Assembly: GCF_016863475.1 (NCBI RefSeq) | Contig: NZ_BOOY01000009.1 | Location: 1-64,000, forward strand | DNA from: Spirilliplanes yamanashiensis | GTDB taxonomy: Bacteria; Actinomycetota; Actinomycetes; Mycobacteriales; Micromonosporaceae | Reading direction: 5' to 3' | DNA length: 64,000 nt | Shown here: piece by piece, positions 1-9,058 of the stretch | How positions within the stretch are numbered: position 1 is the stretch's first letter | How the letters are laid out: each line of letters opens with the position of its first letter | Notes under the pieces: generated by a model | What the model saw: the letters and a program-made list of their open reading frames with translations, nothing else | Told to the model about the DNA's origin: nothing | Database searches by the model: none | Position numbers and translations under genes: made by a program

Positions 1-96
1 GACCCCGACCCAGGCCCCGACCCAGGCCCCGACCCAGGCCCCGACCCAGGCCCCGACCCAGGCACCGACCCAGGCCCCGACCCAGGCACCGGCGCC
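1..96. repeat. 12-nt tandem repeat (gacccaggcccc-like, ~7.5 copies) encoding TQAP peptide repeats
   Basis: Direct reading shows near-perfect repeated units with two ccc->cac variants. Confidence 0.8.
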
Positions 97-352
97 CGGG
101 GCCGAGCGCCCCACGTCGCCCGCCCCGCCGTTCGAGGCGCCCGAGTTCGTCGGCTTCACCGGGTCCGCCGACGACGACGGCGGCGAGACCGTCGTGTTCG
201 CCGACCTGTACCAGCCGTCGCAGCCCGCGGCGGCACAGCCGCCGCCGCTGGCCGAGCCGATCCCGTACCAGGTCGACCCGGGCCAGGCGGAGCAGGCCGC
301 GCAGCGGCTGGCGGCCCTGCTGCGCGAGGACCCGTCCCTGCTGCAGGACTGA
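2..352 (+). CDS. 3' end of a gene encoding a Pro/Ala/Gln-rich protein with seven N-proximal tandem TQAP repeats (partial, start outside window)
   Basis: Frame 2 is open from the window edge to TGA at 350-352. It translates to (TQAP)x7 followed by a Pro-rich acidic tail. A perfect 12-nt DNA tandem repeat is visible at 1-95. Confidence 0.4.
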   Translation, partial: TPTQAPTQAPTQAPTQAPTQAPTQAPTQAPAPGAERPTSPAPPFEAPEFVGFTGSADDDGGETVVFADLYQPSQPAAAQPPPLAEPIPYQVDPGQAEQAAQRLAALLREDPSLLQD

Positions 353-365
353 CCGCGCGGCGGCG

Positions 366-3300
366 TCAACCGACGGAGGCGGTGACGGATTGGATGCCGT
401 CGCCGGGCCGGCAGTGCGCGGCGCTGATGTCCGACGACGAGAGCGACCAGATGCGCGGACCGTTGGCGGTGTATCGCCGGAAGGTGCTCTCGGACACGCA
501 CCGGACGCTGACGTACACGTAGCCCCCGGTCGAACACCACGCCACGGCGCCGTACCTGTTGGTCGCCTCCACGTAGTCGGGTGCGTGCCGGGCCGCGCAG
601 GACGGCACCGCGTTCCCCGCACCACCGCCGCGCGAGCCCGCCGACGGCAGGTCGCCGGCCGATTCTCCGCTCGCGGGGCAGATCTGGGCGAAGTCCAGCT
701 CGGGCAGGTACGTCGACCACTTCTCCCTGGTCAGGCTCACGCCCGCGAGTGCGCACGCCCGGACGCTCGGATCCGCGATCAGGTCCTTCATCGCCCCGAG
801 GTTCCACAGGGTGGCCCGGCCGGCGTTGCCGGACTCGTTGGCGTCGGCGATCAGCACGGACCGTCCGTCCCGGCTGATCGCGGCCGACCACCGGTCCGCG
901 CGGTCGACGTCCTGCTCGCCCATGAGGATCGGGCGGGAACCGCCGGCGAGGCTCCAGGCCGACAGGGTCTCGGCCCCGGAGTCGACGGCGACGACGGTCG
1001 AGCCGTCGTGGGAGAACGCCATCGCGGCGGCGTGCGTGAGGTCCTCGGCGAAGCGTCCCACGCTGCGCGGCCGCTCGGGCGACGTGATGGTCCAGATCGT
1101 CGAGTACCGGCCCTGGGCCACCGCCACGGTGTTCCCGTCGGACGACATCGCGAGGTGTCCGATCCGCGCGCCGCGCGCGCCGGAGATCTTCCCCAGCTGC
1201 GCCGGCCCGGAGGGGGCGCGGAGGTCCCACACCCCTGCCGTGGTGTCGGACGTGCGCGACGCCGCCACCAGCCGGCCGCCCGGCCCGAAGGCCACCGGGA
1301 GACGCAGGTCGGCCGGCGGGTCGAGTCGCCGCGCCGGCCGGCCGGGCGCGACGTCCCACAGTTCGACGGTCCGGGTCCGGCCGTCGCCCACGGCGACCGT
1401 GGAGCCGTCCGGGCTGATGCCGAGCTCCGCCTGCGCCGCCACCGACCATTCCTCGGCCGCCGCGAACTCGGCGACCCGGACCGGCCGGGCGGGGTCGGCG
1501 AGGTCCGTCACCCGCACCCGGCCGTACGCGTCCGCCACCGCCACGAACCGCCCGTCCGGGGTGAGGGCCGCCCGGTGCACCGGCGCGTCGAACACGGGGA
1601 TCTCCGTCCGGGCGCCGCCGGGCGCCGCCCGCAGCACGGCCGTCGGCAGCGAGCCCACGGTCAGCAGCTGCCCGGACGCCGTGAACGCCGACGCCAGGCC
1701 CTGCGGTTCGCCGGCGTCCCGGAACGTCGCGACCCGCTCGGGGGCCGCGGGCGCGGAGGTGTCCCACTGCGCGCCGCCGGCGATGAGCGTGCGGGAGTCC
1801 GGGCTCAGCGCGATGGCCGAGCCGGCGTCAGCGACGGTGGTGATGCGGTCACGGAAGGCCGCGGACTTCGCCCAGCCGATCTCGTAGGGCTCGATGACGG
1901 AGATGACGGCGCCGTCGCCCTCGGCGATCGCCATCCGGCTCCCGTCCGGGGCGATCGCGATGGACGTCACCATCCCGCCCTGGTTGAGGAAGGTCTCGGC
2001 CGACGTGGGAACGGCTCGGGAGGTCAGGTCCAGGACGTAGGTCTGGCGCTTCGCGCCGATCACCAGCTCCGGCGTCGACGGCAGGAAGGCCAGCGCCCCG
2101 ACCGCGTCCCGGCCGATCACGTCGTCGAGCATGCCGGTCAGCTTCGGGGCGGCGGGGCTCGACAGGTCCCAGAGGCCGGTCCGGCCGCCCACCGCGTGGG
2201 TCGCCAGCATGGTGCCGTCGGCGCTGAACGCCGCGAGCTCGATGACCTTGCCCGCCGCGTTGCCGATCTGCGGGGCCAGCACGGCGGGCCGCCGCGGGTC
2301 GGCGAGGTCCCACAGCGAGCCGCCCTCGCGGAGGCGCAGGTCGGCCGTCGCGATGAACAACCGCCGGCCGGTCTGACCGAACGTCACGTCGGTCACGGTG
2401 TGGTGGACGGGGATCTGCCCGACGATCTCCGGTTCGGCCGGCGCGGAGATGTCGAAGACCGTGGCGTACGGTTCGCCGCTGGTGGCCGCGACGACGATCC
2501 GCCCGTCCCCGCTGACGTCCCACCGCTCGAACCTGCCGAGCCTCGACAGCTCCTTCGGGACGGCCCGGTCGGCGACGGTCCACACCGTCAGCTCGCCGGC
2601 CTCGCCGATGACGACGTCGTTGCCGGCGTACCTGACGTTCCTGCCCGCCATCGGCCCCGCGTACCGGGTCGACGCGACCATTCCGGCCAGGCGCCCGGGA
2701 GCGTCGGCACCGAGCTGGAGCTTCGTCGCGGCGATGCCGAGCTGCAGCGCCGTCGCCATGTCCCGATCGGCGAGCTCCTGCGCCTCGTTGAACAGGCGGC
2801 GGCCGATGGCGATCCGCTGCTGCTCGTCGGCGACGGCCCGCTGCTTCGTGGCGTCCGCGGCCGACTGCTCGGCGAGGCGCTGCTGACGGAGGGCCTCGGC
2901 GGCGGCGTCCTCGGCGAGCCGCCGCTGCTCCGCGGCGATCCGGCCCGCGTCCTCCGCGGCCGCCCTGGCCTCCTCGGCGAGCCGCGTCTGCTCGACGGCG
3001 ATCTGCCGCTGCCGCTCGGCGACCGCCGTGGCGTCGTTGGCCAGCCGGGTCTGGTCCGCCGCGATCCTCTTCTGCCGTTCGGACTCCGCCGTCGACCTGG
3101 CCGCGGCTGCCGCCTGCTCCTTCGCGAAGGCCGCCTGTTCCTGCGCGCGCCGCCCGGCCTCGCGCGCCACCTGCTGCTGCTCCCGGGCGATCTGCTCCTG
3201 CCGCCGCGCGTTCGCCTGCTGCCGCTGCACCTCCGCCGACGCCTGGTTCGCCAGCACGCGCTGCTGCTGCGCCCGCGTCGCCTGCCGGCCGGCCTCCGCC

Positions 3301-4121
3301 GCCGCCGCGCGAGCCCGCTCCCGCTCGGCCGCCGCGTTGCGCACCTGCGCCTGCGCCTCGGCGGCGGACCGGCCCGCGACCTGCTCCTGCTCCGCGGCGC
3401 GCGCCTCCTGGAACCCGGCCTCCGCCGCCACCTTCGCCTCGCGGGCGTTGCGCACCGCGACGACACCGGTCAGCGCGGCCACCAGCGCCAGCACCGTCAG
3501 GCCGCCGACGCCGGCCGACCACAACCGCCGGGCGCGCCGGTGCTGGCGGACGTCCTCGCCCTCGAGCTCGTCCTTGCTCAGGCCGTGCATCGGCGCCGCC
3601 AGCTGCGCGACCGCGTCGCGGAACCGCGGGTCGCGCAGCGTCAGCGGACCGCCCTCGCGCGCCCACCGCAGGTCCAGGTAGAGCGGCTCCTCGGCGAGCA
3701 CCCCGCGGAGCGCGGCCGGCACCGCGGACGAGTCCTCCGTGAAGTCGCCCCGCGCCGGATCCCACTGCCACTCACCGTCGGTGACGACCGGCAGGATGCG
3801 GTCCGGTGACCTGGTCGCCACCCAGTGCTCGATCTCCCTGTTCACCCAGTCCGAGCGCGCCGCCTCCGGCGAGGCCAGCAGGACCAGGAACTCCGAGTTG
3901 TCGAGCGCGTCCTGGATCGATGACCACAGGGCCGGCGACACCGACAGTCCGGTGTGATCCCGGAAGACCCACAGGGCGCGACGGCGGTGCCACGGCTTCG
4001 CCAACCGGTGCAGACCGCGCTGGAGCGCCGGCGCGAGCCGGCCGTCCGCCGCGTGGCTGTACGAGATGAACGCGTCGAACCTCAATGGAGCCCCTGATCG
4101 ATGAGCGTTTCGTGGGCGCAC
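366..4121 (-). CDS. TIR-domain protein: N-terminal TIR, single TM segment, ~300-aa Ala/Gln/Arg/Glu coiled coil, PD40/WD40-like beta-propeller repeats, Cys-rich C-terminus
   Basis: The N-terminus has FDAFISYSH (TIR betaA motif) and SDWVNREIEHW (the conserved TIR Glu position). A hydrophobic helix LWSAGVGGLTVLALVAALTGVVAV is preceded by RRARR. There are repeated ISPDGSTVAV/LSPDSRTLIAGG beta-propeller blades. The start codon is GTG at 4121-4119. Confidence 0.8.
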   Translation of the reverse strand: MRPRNAHRSGAPLRFDAFISYSHAADGRLAPALQRGLHRLAKPWHRRRALWVFRDHTGLSVSPALWSSIQDALDNSEFLVLLASPEAARSDWVNREIEHWVATRSPDRILPVVTDGEWQWDPARGDFTEDSSAVPAALRGVLAEEPLYLDLRWAREGGPLTLRDPRFRDAVAQLAAPMHGLSKDELEGEDVRQHRRARRLWSAGVGGLTVLALVAALTGVVAVRNAREAKVAAEAGFQEARAAEQEQVAGRSAAEAQAQVRNAAAERERARAAAAEAGRQATRAQQQRVLANQASAEVQRQQANARRQEQIAREQQQVAREAGRRAQEQAAFAKEQAAAAARSTAESERQKRIAADQTRLANDATAVAERQRQIAVEQTRLAEEARAAAEDAGRIAAEQRRLAEDAAAEALRQQRLAEQSAADATKQRAVADEQQRIAIGRRLFNEAQELADRDMATALQLGIAATKLQLGADAPGRLAGMVASTRYAGPMAGRNVRYAGNDVVIGEAGELTVWTVADRAVPKELSRLGRFERWDVSGDGRIVVAATSGEPYATVFDISAPAEPEIVGQIPVHHTVTDVTFGQTGRRLFIATADLRLREGGSLWDLADPRRPAVLAPQIGNAAGKVIELAAFSADGTMLATHAVGGRTGLWDLSSPAAPKLTGMLDDVIGRDAVGALAFLPSTPELVIGAKRQTYVLDLTSRAVPTSAETFLNQGGMVTSIAIAPDGSRMAIAEGDGAVISVIEPYEIGWAKSAAFRDRITTVADAGSAIALSPDSRTLIAGGAQWDTSAPAAPERVATFRDAGEPQGLASAFTASGQLLTVGSLPTAVLRAAPGGARTEIPVFDAPVHRAALTPDGRFVAVADAYGRVRVTDLADPARPVRVAEFAAAEEWSVAAQAELGISPDGSTVAVGDGRTRTVELWDVAPGRPARRLDPPADLRLPVAFGPGGRLVAASRTSDTTAGVWDLRAPSGPAQLGKISGARGARIGHLAMSSDGNTVAVAQGRYSTIWTITSPERPRSVGRFAEDLTHAAAMAFSHDGSTVVAVDSGAETLSAWSLAGGSRPILMGEQDVDRADRWSAAISRDGRSVLIADANESGNAGRATLWNLGAMKDLIADPSVRACALAGVSLTREKWSTYLPELDFAQICPASGESAGDLPSAGSRGGGAGNAVPSCAARHAPDYVEATNRYGAVAWCSTGGYVYVSVRCVSESTFRRYTANGPRIWSLSSSDISAAHCRPGDGIQSVTASVG

Positions 4122-4162
4122 AGGCTTTCACGGCGCATCGACCGGGGAAAGGGCGATGCGCG

Positions 4163-7100
4163 TCACGCCCCGGCCGGACGGCGTTCGGCGGCGTAGGTGA
4201 TCGCCGCCTCCACGCCCGCCACCCGGTCGGCGAGCAGGCCGACCGCGCCGACCGCGCGGACCAGCGGGTCGTCCTCCGCGCCGCCCAGGGCGCGGCCCCG
4301 CAGGTACGCCGCCTTCACGTCGGCCCACCGCTGGGCCTGCTCGGGCGTCAGGCGGCCGCGCAGCTCGGCGAGCTTCAGCAGGTTCGCCTCGGCGCCCGAG
4401 GTGAGGGTCTGCGCCTCGCCGGCGTAGTGGTCGTCGATGACGGCGTCGAGTTCGTCGTCGTTCATGGCGGGCACGACGCGTTCGGCGAGCTTGTTCATGT
4501 TGCGGTACGAGCCCTGCAGCTTGAACGGCGGCTCGGTGCGGGCGTCGTCGCTCTGCGCGGCGGAGGCGATGTACGCCTGGTTGTTGGCGAGCACCACCTG
4601 CTGTACCCGGAGCAGTTTGCGCAGCACGCCGAGGATCTGCTCCAGCTCGACGGGCTGGTACGGGTGGGCGAGCCGGTCGGCGCGCACGGAGGTGTCGCCG
4701 CGGGCGAGGCGCACGAGCAGTTCGACGTCGCCGCGGTCGCGGGCGGCGACCGGGGCGAGCACCGGGTTCGCGGTGAGCGAGTTCTCCAGGTAGGACAGCG
4801 CGAACACGTCCTCCTTGCCGGACAGCACGTCGCCGAGGTTCCACACGTCGGCGCGGTTGGCGAGCATGTCGGGGATGCGGAACCGGCTGCCGGTCTCGGT
4901 GTACGGGTTGCCGGCCATGCACACGGCGAACCGCTTGCCGCGCAGGTCGTAGGTGCGGGTGCGGCCGTCCCAGACGCCCTCGATGCGGCGCTGGGCGTCG
5001 CACAGGGAGATGAACTTCTGCAGCAGCTCGGGCGAGGTGTGCTGGATGTCGTCGAGGTAGAGCAGGACGTTGTTGCCCAGCTCCAGCGCAAAGTTGATCT
5101 TCTCGACCTCCTGGCGGGAGGTGGCGTCGGGCGCCTCCGCCGGGTCGAGGGACGTGACGGCGTGGCCGAGGGCGGGGCCGTTCACCTTGACGAAGACCAG
5201 GCCGAGCCGGTTGGCGACGTACTCCATGACGGTGGTCTTGCCGTAGCCGGGCGGTGAGATCAGCAGCAGCAGGCCGGACTGGTCGGTGCGCTTGCCGTCG
5301 CCGGTGGCGCCGAGCTGGCGGGCCAGGTTGTCGCCGATGAGCGGCAGGTAGACCTCGTCGAGGAGCCGGTTGCGGACGAACGCGCTCATCACGCCCGGCT
5401 TGTACTCGTCGAGGCGCAGCCGGTCGCGTTCGGCGGCGGCCAGCGCGGTGCGCTGCTTCTGGTACGCCCGGTACGCGGGCACCCGCTGCTCGCGGAACGC
5501 CCGGGTGCGGGTGAGCACCTCGTCGAGGCGCAGGTCCAGGGTCCGGCCGGCGGTGATCCGCGGGTGGGTGCCGAGCAGGCCGGTGACCGTCTCGGTGAGC
5601 GCGGCGGCCGAGTCGTGCCGGGTGAGGGCGGCGCCGGTCAGCTCCACGGCGACGGCCTCGGGCAGGTCCTCGGGCGACGCGGTGTCCGGCCTGGCGGCCA
5701 GGAACGCCGACAGCCACGCGGTGACGAGCTGCCGCCGGGCGGCCAGGTCGCCGTCGAGCAGCCGCAGGTCGTCGGCGTACTCGCGGGCCGCGGCGGCCGG
5801 CAGCGCCTGGTGGAAGCGTTCGACGAGGGTGCGGGCGGCGGCGCTGGTGACGAACCCGGCGTGCGGGTCGGCCAGCTCCTCCACCAGGTACTCGCCGACG
5901 TCGGCGGCCGGCGGCAGCCCGGCGGCGGCGGCGAAGTCGCGGGCGGCCGCGGTGAGCTCGGCGCACAGCTCGCCCAGGGCCGGGCCGGCGGAGCCGAACA
6001 GGTCGCGGGCGCGCACCAGCGACGCGGCGCGCCGCGCCCACGCGTCCTTCGGGCCGGGCCCGAACGCCCAGAACAGCTGCGCGTCGGCGCGCACCGCGGC
6101 GGGGTGGCGCAGCAGGCCGGCGGCCGCGTGCAGGCGCACCAGCGCGTCGAGGATGGCGGCCGCGTCGGCGTCGTGCACGCCGCGCTCGTATCCCTCGTCG
6201 TACCGCGCCTCCGCCGCGCGGCGCACCACGTCGCGCAGCGTGCCGTCGGCGGCGGCCGCCGCGACCCCGGCGGGGTCCTCGGCCAGCAGCGCGGCGGCCA
6301 GGTGCTCCGCGCGGTACACCTGCGGCGTCTCCGACACGACGGTCTGCGACCAGAAGTCGCGGGTGGCGCGGAACGCCGGGTCGGTGACGGGCGCGCGGTA
6401 GTCGGTGGCGGTGACGGCGAACGCCAGCTCGTCGCCGTCCGGCACCAGCGTCAGGTCGACGGCCTGGGTGTTCACGGCGAACCTGTGCCGGCCGAGCCGG
6501 ATCGTGGCGCCGCCGTCGCCGTACAGGTCGAGGCGGTCGCGCAGGGACCGTCCGGCCTCCTGCCGGGCGGCCTTGACCCGGCCGTCCAGCTCCTCGGCCC
6601 GCACGGTGTCGCCGAGGGCACGCAGCTCGTCGGCGACCGCGCGCAGCTTGCCGACCATGGGGTCGGTGGCGAAGTACGTGTTGACCTCGTCGAGCGTGCC
6701 GAGCGCGGCGACCCGCCGCTGCACGCTGGCGAGGGTGCGCTGGGCGGACGCGGCGAGCCGGTCGGCGCGGCGGGCGCGGTCGTCCAGCAGCGCCTGGCGG
6801 CGGGCGGAGAACGCCTCGTAGACCTCGGCGCGCTTCGTGGCGAGCTGGTCGAGGAAGTCGTCGCCGAACCGCGACTCCAGCGCCTCCACCTGCAGCATCA
6901 GCCGGGCGAGCTGCTCGTCGCAGCGGTCCGGGGTGTCCGCGGCGGCGAGCGCGCCGGTGACGGACTGCCCCAGCAGCGCGAACTCGGCGGCGAACGCGGC
7001 CCGGTTCTCCACCGAGCCCAGGTCGCGGCGGCGCGCGTCGAGCGTGGCGCGGGCCCGGTTGACGCCGCCCAGCACCTCGCCGATGCGTTCCAGGATCGCC

Positions 7101-9058
7101 ACCCGCACGGTGGCGTCGGCGATGTCGAGGCCGCCGACCACCTCGGTGACGACCTGCAGGCCGTCGGCCTGCTCGGTGAGCCGCTCCGCGACGGGCGCCG
7201 CCTCGGCGACGGTGGCGATGCCGGCCGCGTCGGCGACGAGCTGCTCCACGGCGGCCTGGTAGCCGGCGAACGCGTCCGCGCGCTGGAGGAACTCGACGGC
7301 GCGGCGGGCGGCGGCGTCGATCTCGCCGGCCAGCTCCGCCTCCAGGGCGTCCAGCCGGGCGGTGTCCACGTACCGCAGCTCGTGCAGCGACACCACACGG
7401 CCCCGCGCCTGCCGCAGCGCGGCGAGCTGGCGCACCCAGGCATCGGTCGTGGTGGGCACCTCGCCGCGGGCCCGGCGGACCAGCGACCCGGTCGCGGCCT
7501 CGGCCTCGGCGACGGCGCCCGCGGCCTGGTCCGTCAGGGCCTGGACGGCCTCGAACTCGTCGAGCACCTGCTCGGCGGTGGCCCGCACCTCGGACAGCGG
7601 CGTGCGCAGGTCGCCCAGCTCGCGCTCGCCCAGCCAGTGGTAGTGGTCGAACAGCCGGGTGCACGCCGCGATGATCGCCTCGAACACGGCCGTCGACGGC
7701 GTCATCTCGTCGACCATGCGCGCCACCGACAGGCTGTCGGCGATGCCGCGCACCAGGTCCGCGTTGCCGACCCGCTCCAGCGGGCCGGTGCCGACGGGCT
7801 GCGCCGCCGCGTGCGTGTCGGACACGTACGGGGTCTGCCACACCTGCATCGGGTGCACCCGCGTCGGCTCGTCCGATGTGGACCGGAACGCGACGAGGGT
7901 GCCGTCGTCGAACAGCGAGTACCCGTGGCAGGGGATCGGCGTGGCGACCTCCTTGCGGATCACGTTGTACGGCAGCAGCAGGTAGTGGCCCGCCGCGCGG
8001 GCGTGGAAGACGTACAGCACGTCCTCGCCGTTGACGCTGCGCACGACCCGCTCGAACTCCAGGTCGGCCACGTCCGCGTCGAACGTCTTCGCCACCCCGG
8101 TGGACAGGTAGTAGCCGCCGGGAAAGATGAGGCCCTGGTCCTCGGGCAGCCGCTGGCACGCCTGGCCGATGCCGTCGAGGCGCCGCACGTCCTTCGTGCG
8201 GGTGTTGAACACCAGGTACCGCTGGACGGTCTCCTTGTAGGGCAGGACCCTGAGCAGGATCAACGGCCCCACCCGGGCGTACGCGATCTCGGCGTCCGCC
8301 AGGCTCTGCAACGGCTCGTCGACCGGCTCGGACCAGATGCCCTCGCCGTCCTCCGTGTTGTTCTCCACCTTGACGGTCAGCGTGCCGCCGACCGTCTCCA
8401 CGAACACCTCGTCGCCGATCGAGATGTGCGGGTGCCGGCCGAGCACGTGCTGCTCGCGCGTGGTGAGCGTCCACTCCAGATCGTGGCTCGGCGGGAACAC
8501 GTGGTCGCGTTCGCCGCGGTTGTCCACGTACGACACCGAACCGTCCGTGCCGACCTTCCAGCGCAGCACCTTCAGGTCGTCGGCGCGGGCGCCCGTCTGG
8601 AACACCGCCAGCAGCAGCCCCTCCAGGCGCCGCAGCTGCAACAGCCGGGTGTCGCGGTAGTAGCGGTACAGCTCGGCGAAGTCGCGCTGGAAACCCGGAT
8701 CGTCGAGCAGGCCCGGCACCGCGCCCGCGTCGAACCGCACGGCGTCGCCGTCCCGGGCGAACGCGTGCACGTCGAAGACGTCCGCAATGGACGTCTCCGT
8801 CTTCAGTCCGATAAAGACGTTGTAGCCGAACAGCATCGCGCCGCCGACCTGCGCGACGTCGCGCGGCACGCAGTTGTTCGCCGTGCGGATGCGCTCCGTG
8901 CCGAGCAGGCGCATCTGCTGCCCGCCGAACGTCTCCACCCGGCGGGCGTTCAGCTCCTCCGCGCGCCGCGCCAGCGCCTGCGCCTGCGTGGACAGCCGGC
9001 CGCGCAGGACCTCGTACGTGCCGGCGTCCAGCGTCGGCGCCTCCTGCAGATCGGTCAC
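4163..9058 (-). CDS. Giant (1631 aa) protein with a C-terminal AAA+ ATPase domain, flotillin-associated
   Basis: Walker A-like LLLISPPGYGKTTVMEY and Walker B-like VLLYLDDIQH are present, plus a sensor-region RFAVCMAGNPYTE. Amino-acid composition is normal across 1631 aa. The start overlaps the flotillin stop by 4 nt. The alternative-frame ORF 4128..8474 is Arg/Gly junk. Confidence 0.8.
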   Translation of the reverse strand: MTDLQEAPTLDAGTYEVLRGRLSTQAQALARRAEELNARRVETFGGQQMRLLGTERIRTANNCVPRDVAQVGGAMLFGYNVFIGLKTETSIADVFDVHAFARDGDAVRFDAGAVPGLLDDPGFQRDFAELYRYYRDTRLLQLRRLEGLLLAVFQTGARADDLKVLRWKVGTDGSVSYVDNRGERDHVFPPSHDLEWTLTTREQHVLGRHPHISIGDEVFVETVGGTLTVKVENNTEDGEGIWSEPVDEPLQSLADAEIAYARVGPLILLRVLPYKETVQRYLVFNTRTKDVRRLDGIGQACQRLPEDQGLIFPGGYYLSTGVAKTFDADVADLEFERVVRSVNGEDVLYVFHARAAGHYLLLPYNVIRKEVATPIPCHGYSLFDDGTLVAFRSTSDEPTRVHPMQVWQTPYVSDTHAAAQPVGTGPLERVGNADLVRGIADSLSVARMVDEMTPSTAVFEAIIAACTRLFDHYHWLGERELGDLRTPLSEVRATAEQVLDEFEAVQALTDQAAGAVAEAEAATGSLVRRARGEVPTTTDAWVRQLAALRQARGRVVSLHELRYVDTARLDALEAELAGEIDAAARRAVEFLQRADAFAGYQAAVEQLVADAAGIATVAEAAPVAERLTEQADGLQVVTEVVGGLDIADATVRVAILERIGEVLGGVNRARATLDARRRDLGSVENRAAFAAEFALLGQSVTGALAAADTPDRCDEQLARLMLQVEALESRFGDDFLDQLATKRAEVYEAFSARRQALLDDRARRADRLAASAQRTLASVQRRVAALGTLDEVNTYFATDPMVGKLRAVADELRALGDTVRAEELDGRVKAARQEAGRSLRDRLDLYGDGGATIRLGRHRFAVNTQAVDLTLVPDGDELAFAVTATDYRAPVTDPAFRATRDFWSQTVVSETPQVYRAEHLAAALLAEDPAGVAAAAADGTLRDVVRRAAEARYDEGYERGVHDADAAAILDALVRLHAAAGLLRHPAAVRADAQLFWAFGPGPKDAWARRAASLVRARDLFGSAGPALGELCAELTAAARDFAAAAGLPPAADVGEYLVEELADPHAGFVTSAAARTLVERFHQALPAAAAREYADDLRLLDGDLAARRQLVTAWLSAFLAARPDTASPEDLPEAVAVELTGAALTRHDSAAALTETVTGLLGTHPRITAGRTLDLRLDEVLTRTRAFREQRVPAYRAYQKQRTALAAAERDRLRLDEYKPGVMSAFVRNRLLDEVYLPLIGDNLARQLGATGDGKRTDQSGLLLLISPPGYGKTTVMEYVANRLGLVFVKVNGPALGHAVTSLDPAEAPDATSRQEVEKINFALELGNNVLLYLDDIQHTSPELLQKFISLCDAQRRIEGVWDGRTRTYDLRGKRFAVCMAGNPYTETGSRFRIPDMLANRADVWNLGDVLSGKEDVFALSYLENSLTANPVLAPVAARDRGDVELLVRLARGDTSVRADRLAHPYQPVELEQILGVLRKLLRVQQVVLANNQAYIASAAQSDDARTEPPFKLQGSYRNMNKLAERVVPAMNDDELDAVIDDHYAGEAQTLTSGAEANLLKLAELRGRLTPEQAQRWADVKAAYLRGRALGGAEDDPLVRAVGAVGLLADRVAGVEAAITYAAERRPAGA

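Noticed and set aside
1-96. Possible CRISPR array from the short tandem repeats
   Set aside because: The units are 12 nt and directly abutting with no spacers, in frame with a coding TQAP repeat. This is not CRISPR-like.
390-3809. 1139-aa ORF on plus strand antisense to the TIR gene
   Set aside because: The translation is Arg/Gly/Pro/Ala-rich junk typical of antisense frames in high-GC DNA. No motifs are present, and the opposite-strand TIR ORF has clear domains.
4128-8474. 1448-aa minus-strand ORF overlapping the giant ATPase in another frame
   Set aside because: Its composition is low-complexity Arg/Gly/Pro. The 4163..9058 frame carries the Walker motifs and has normal composition.
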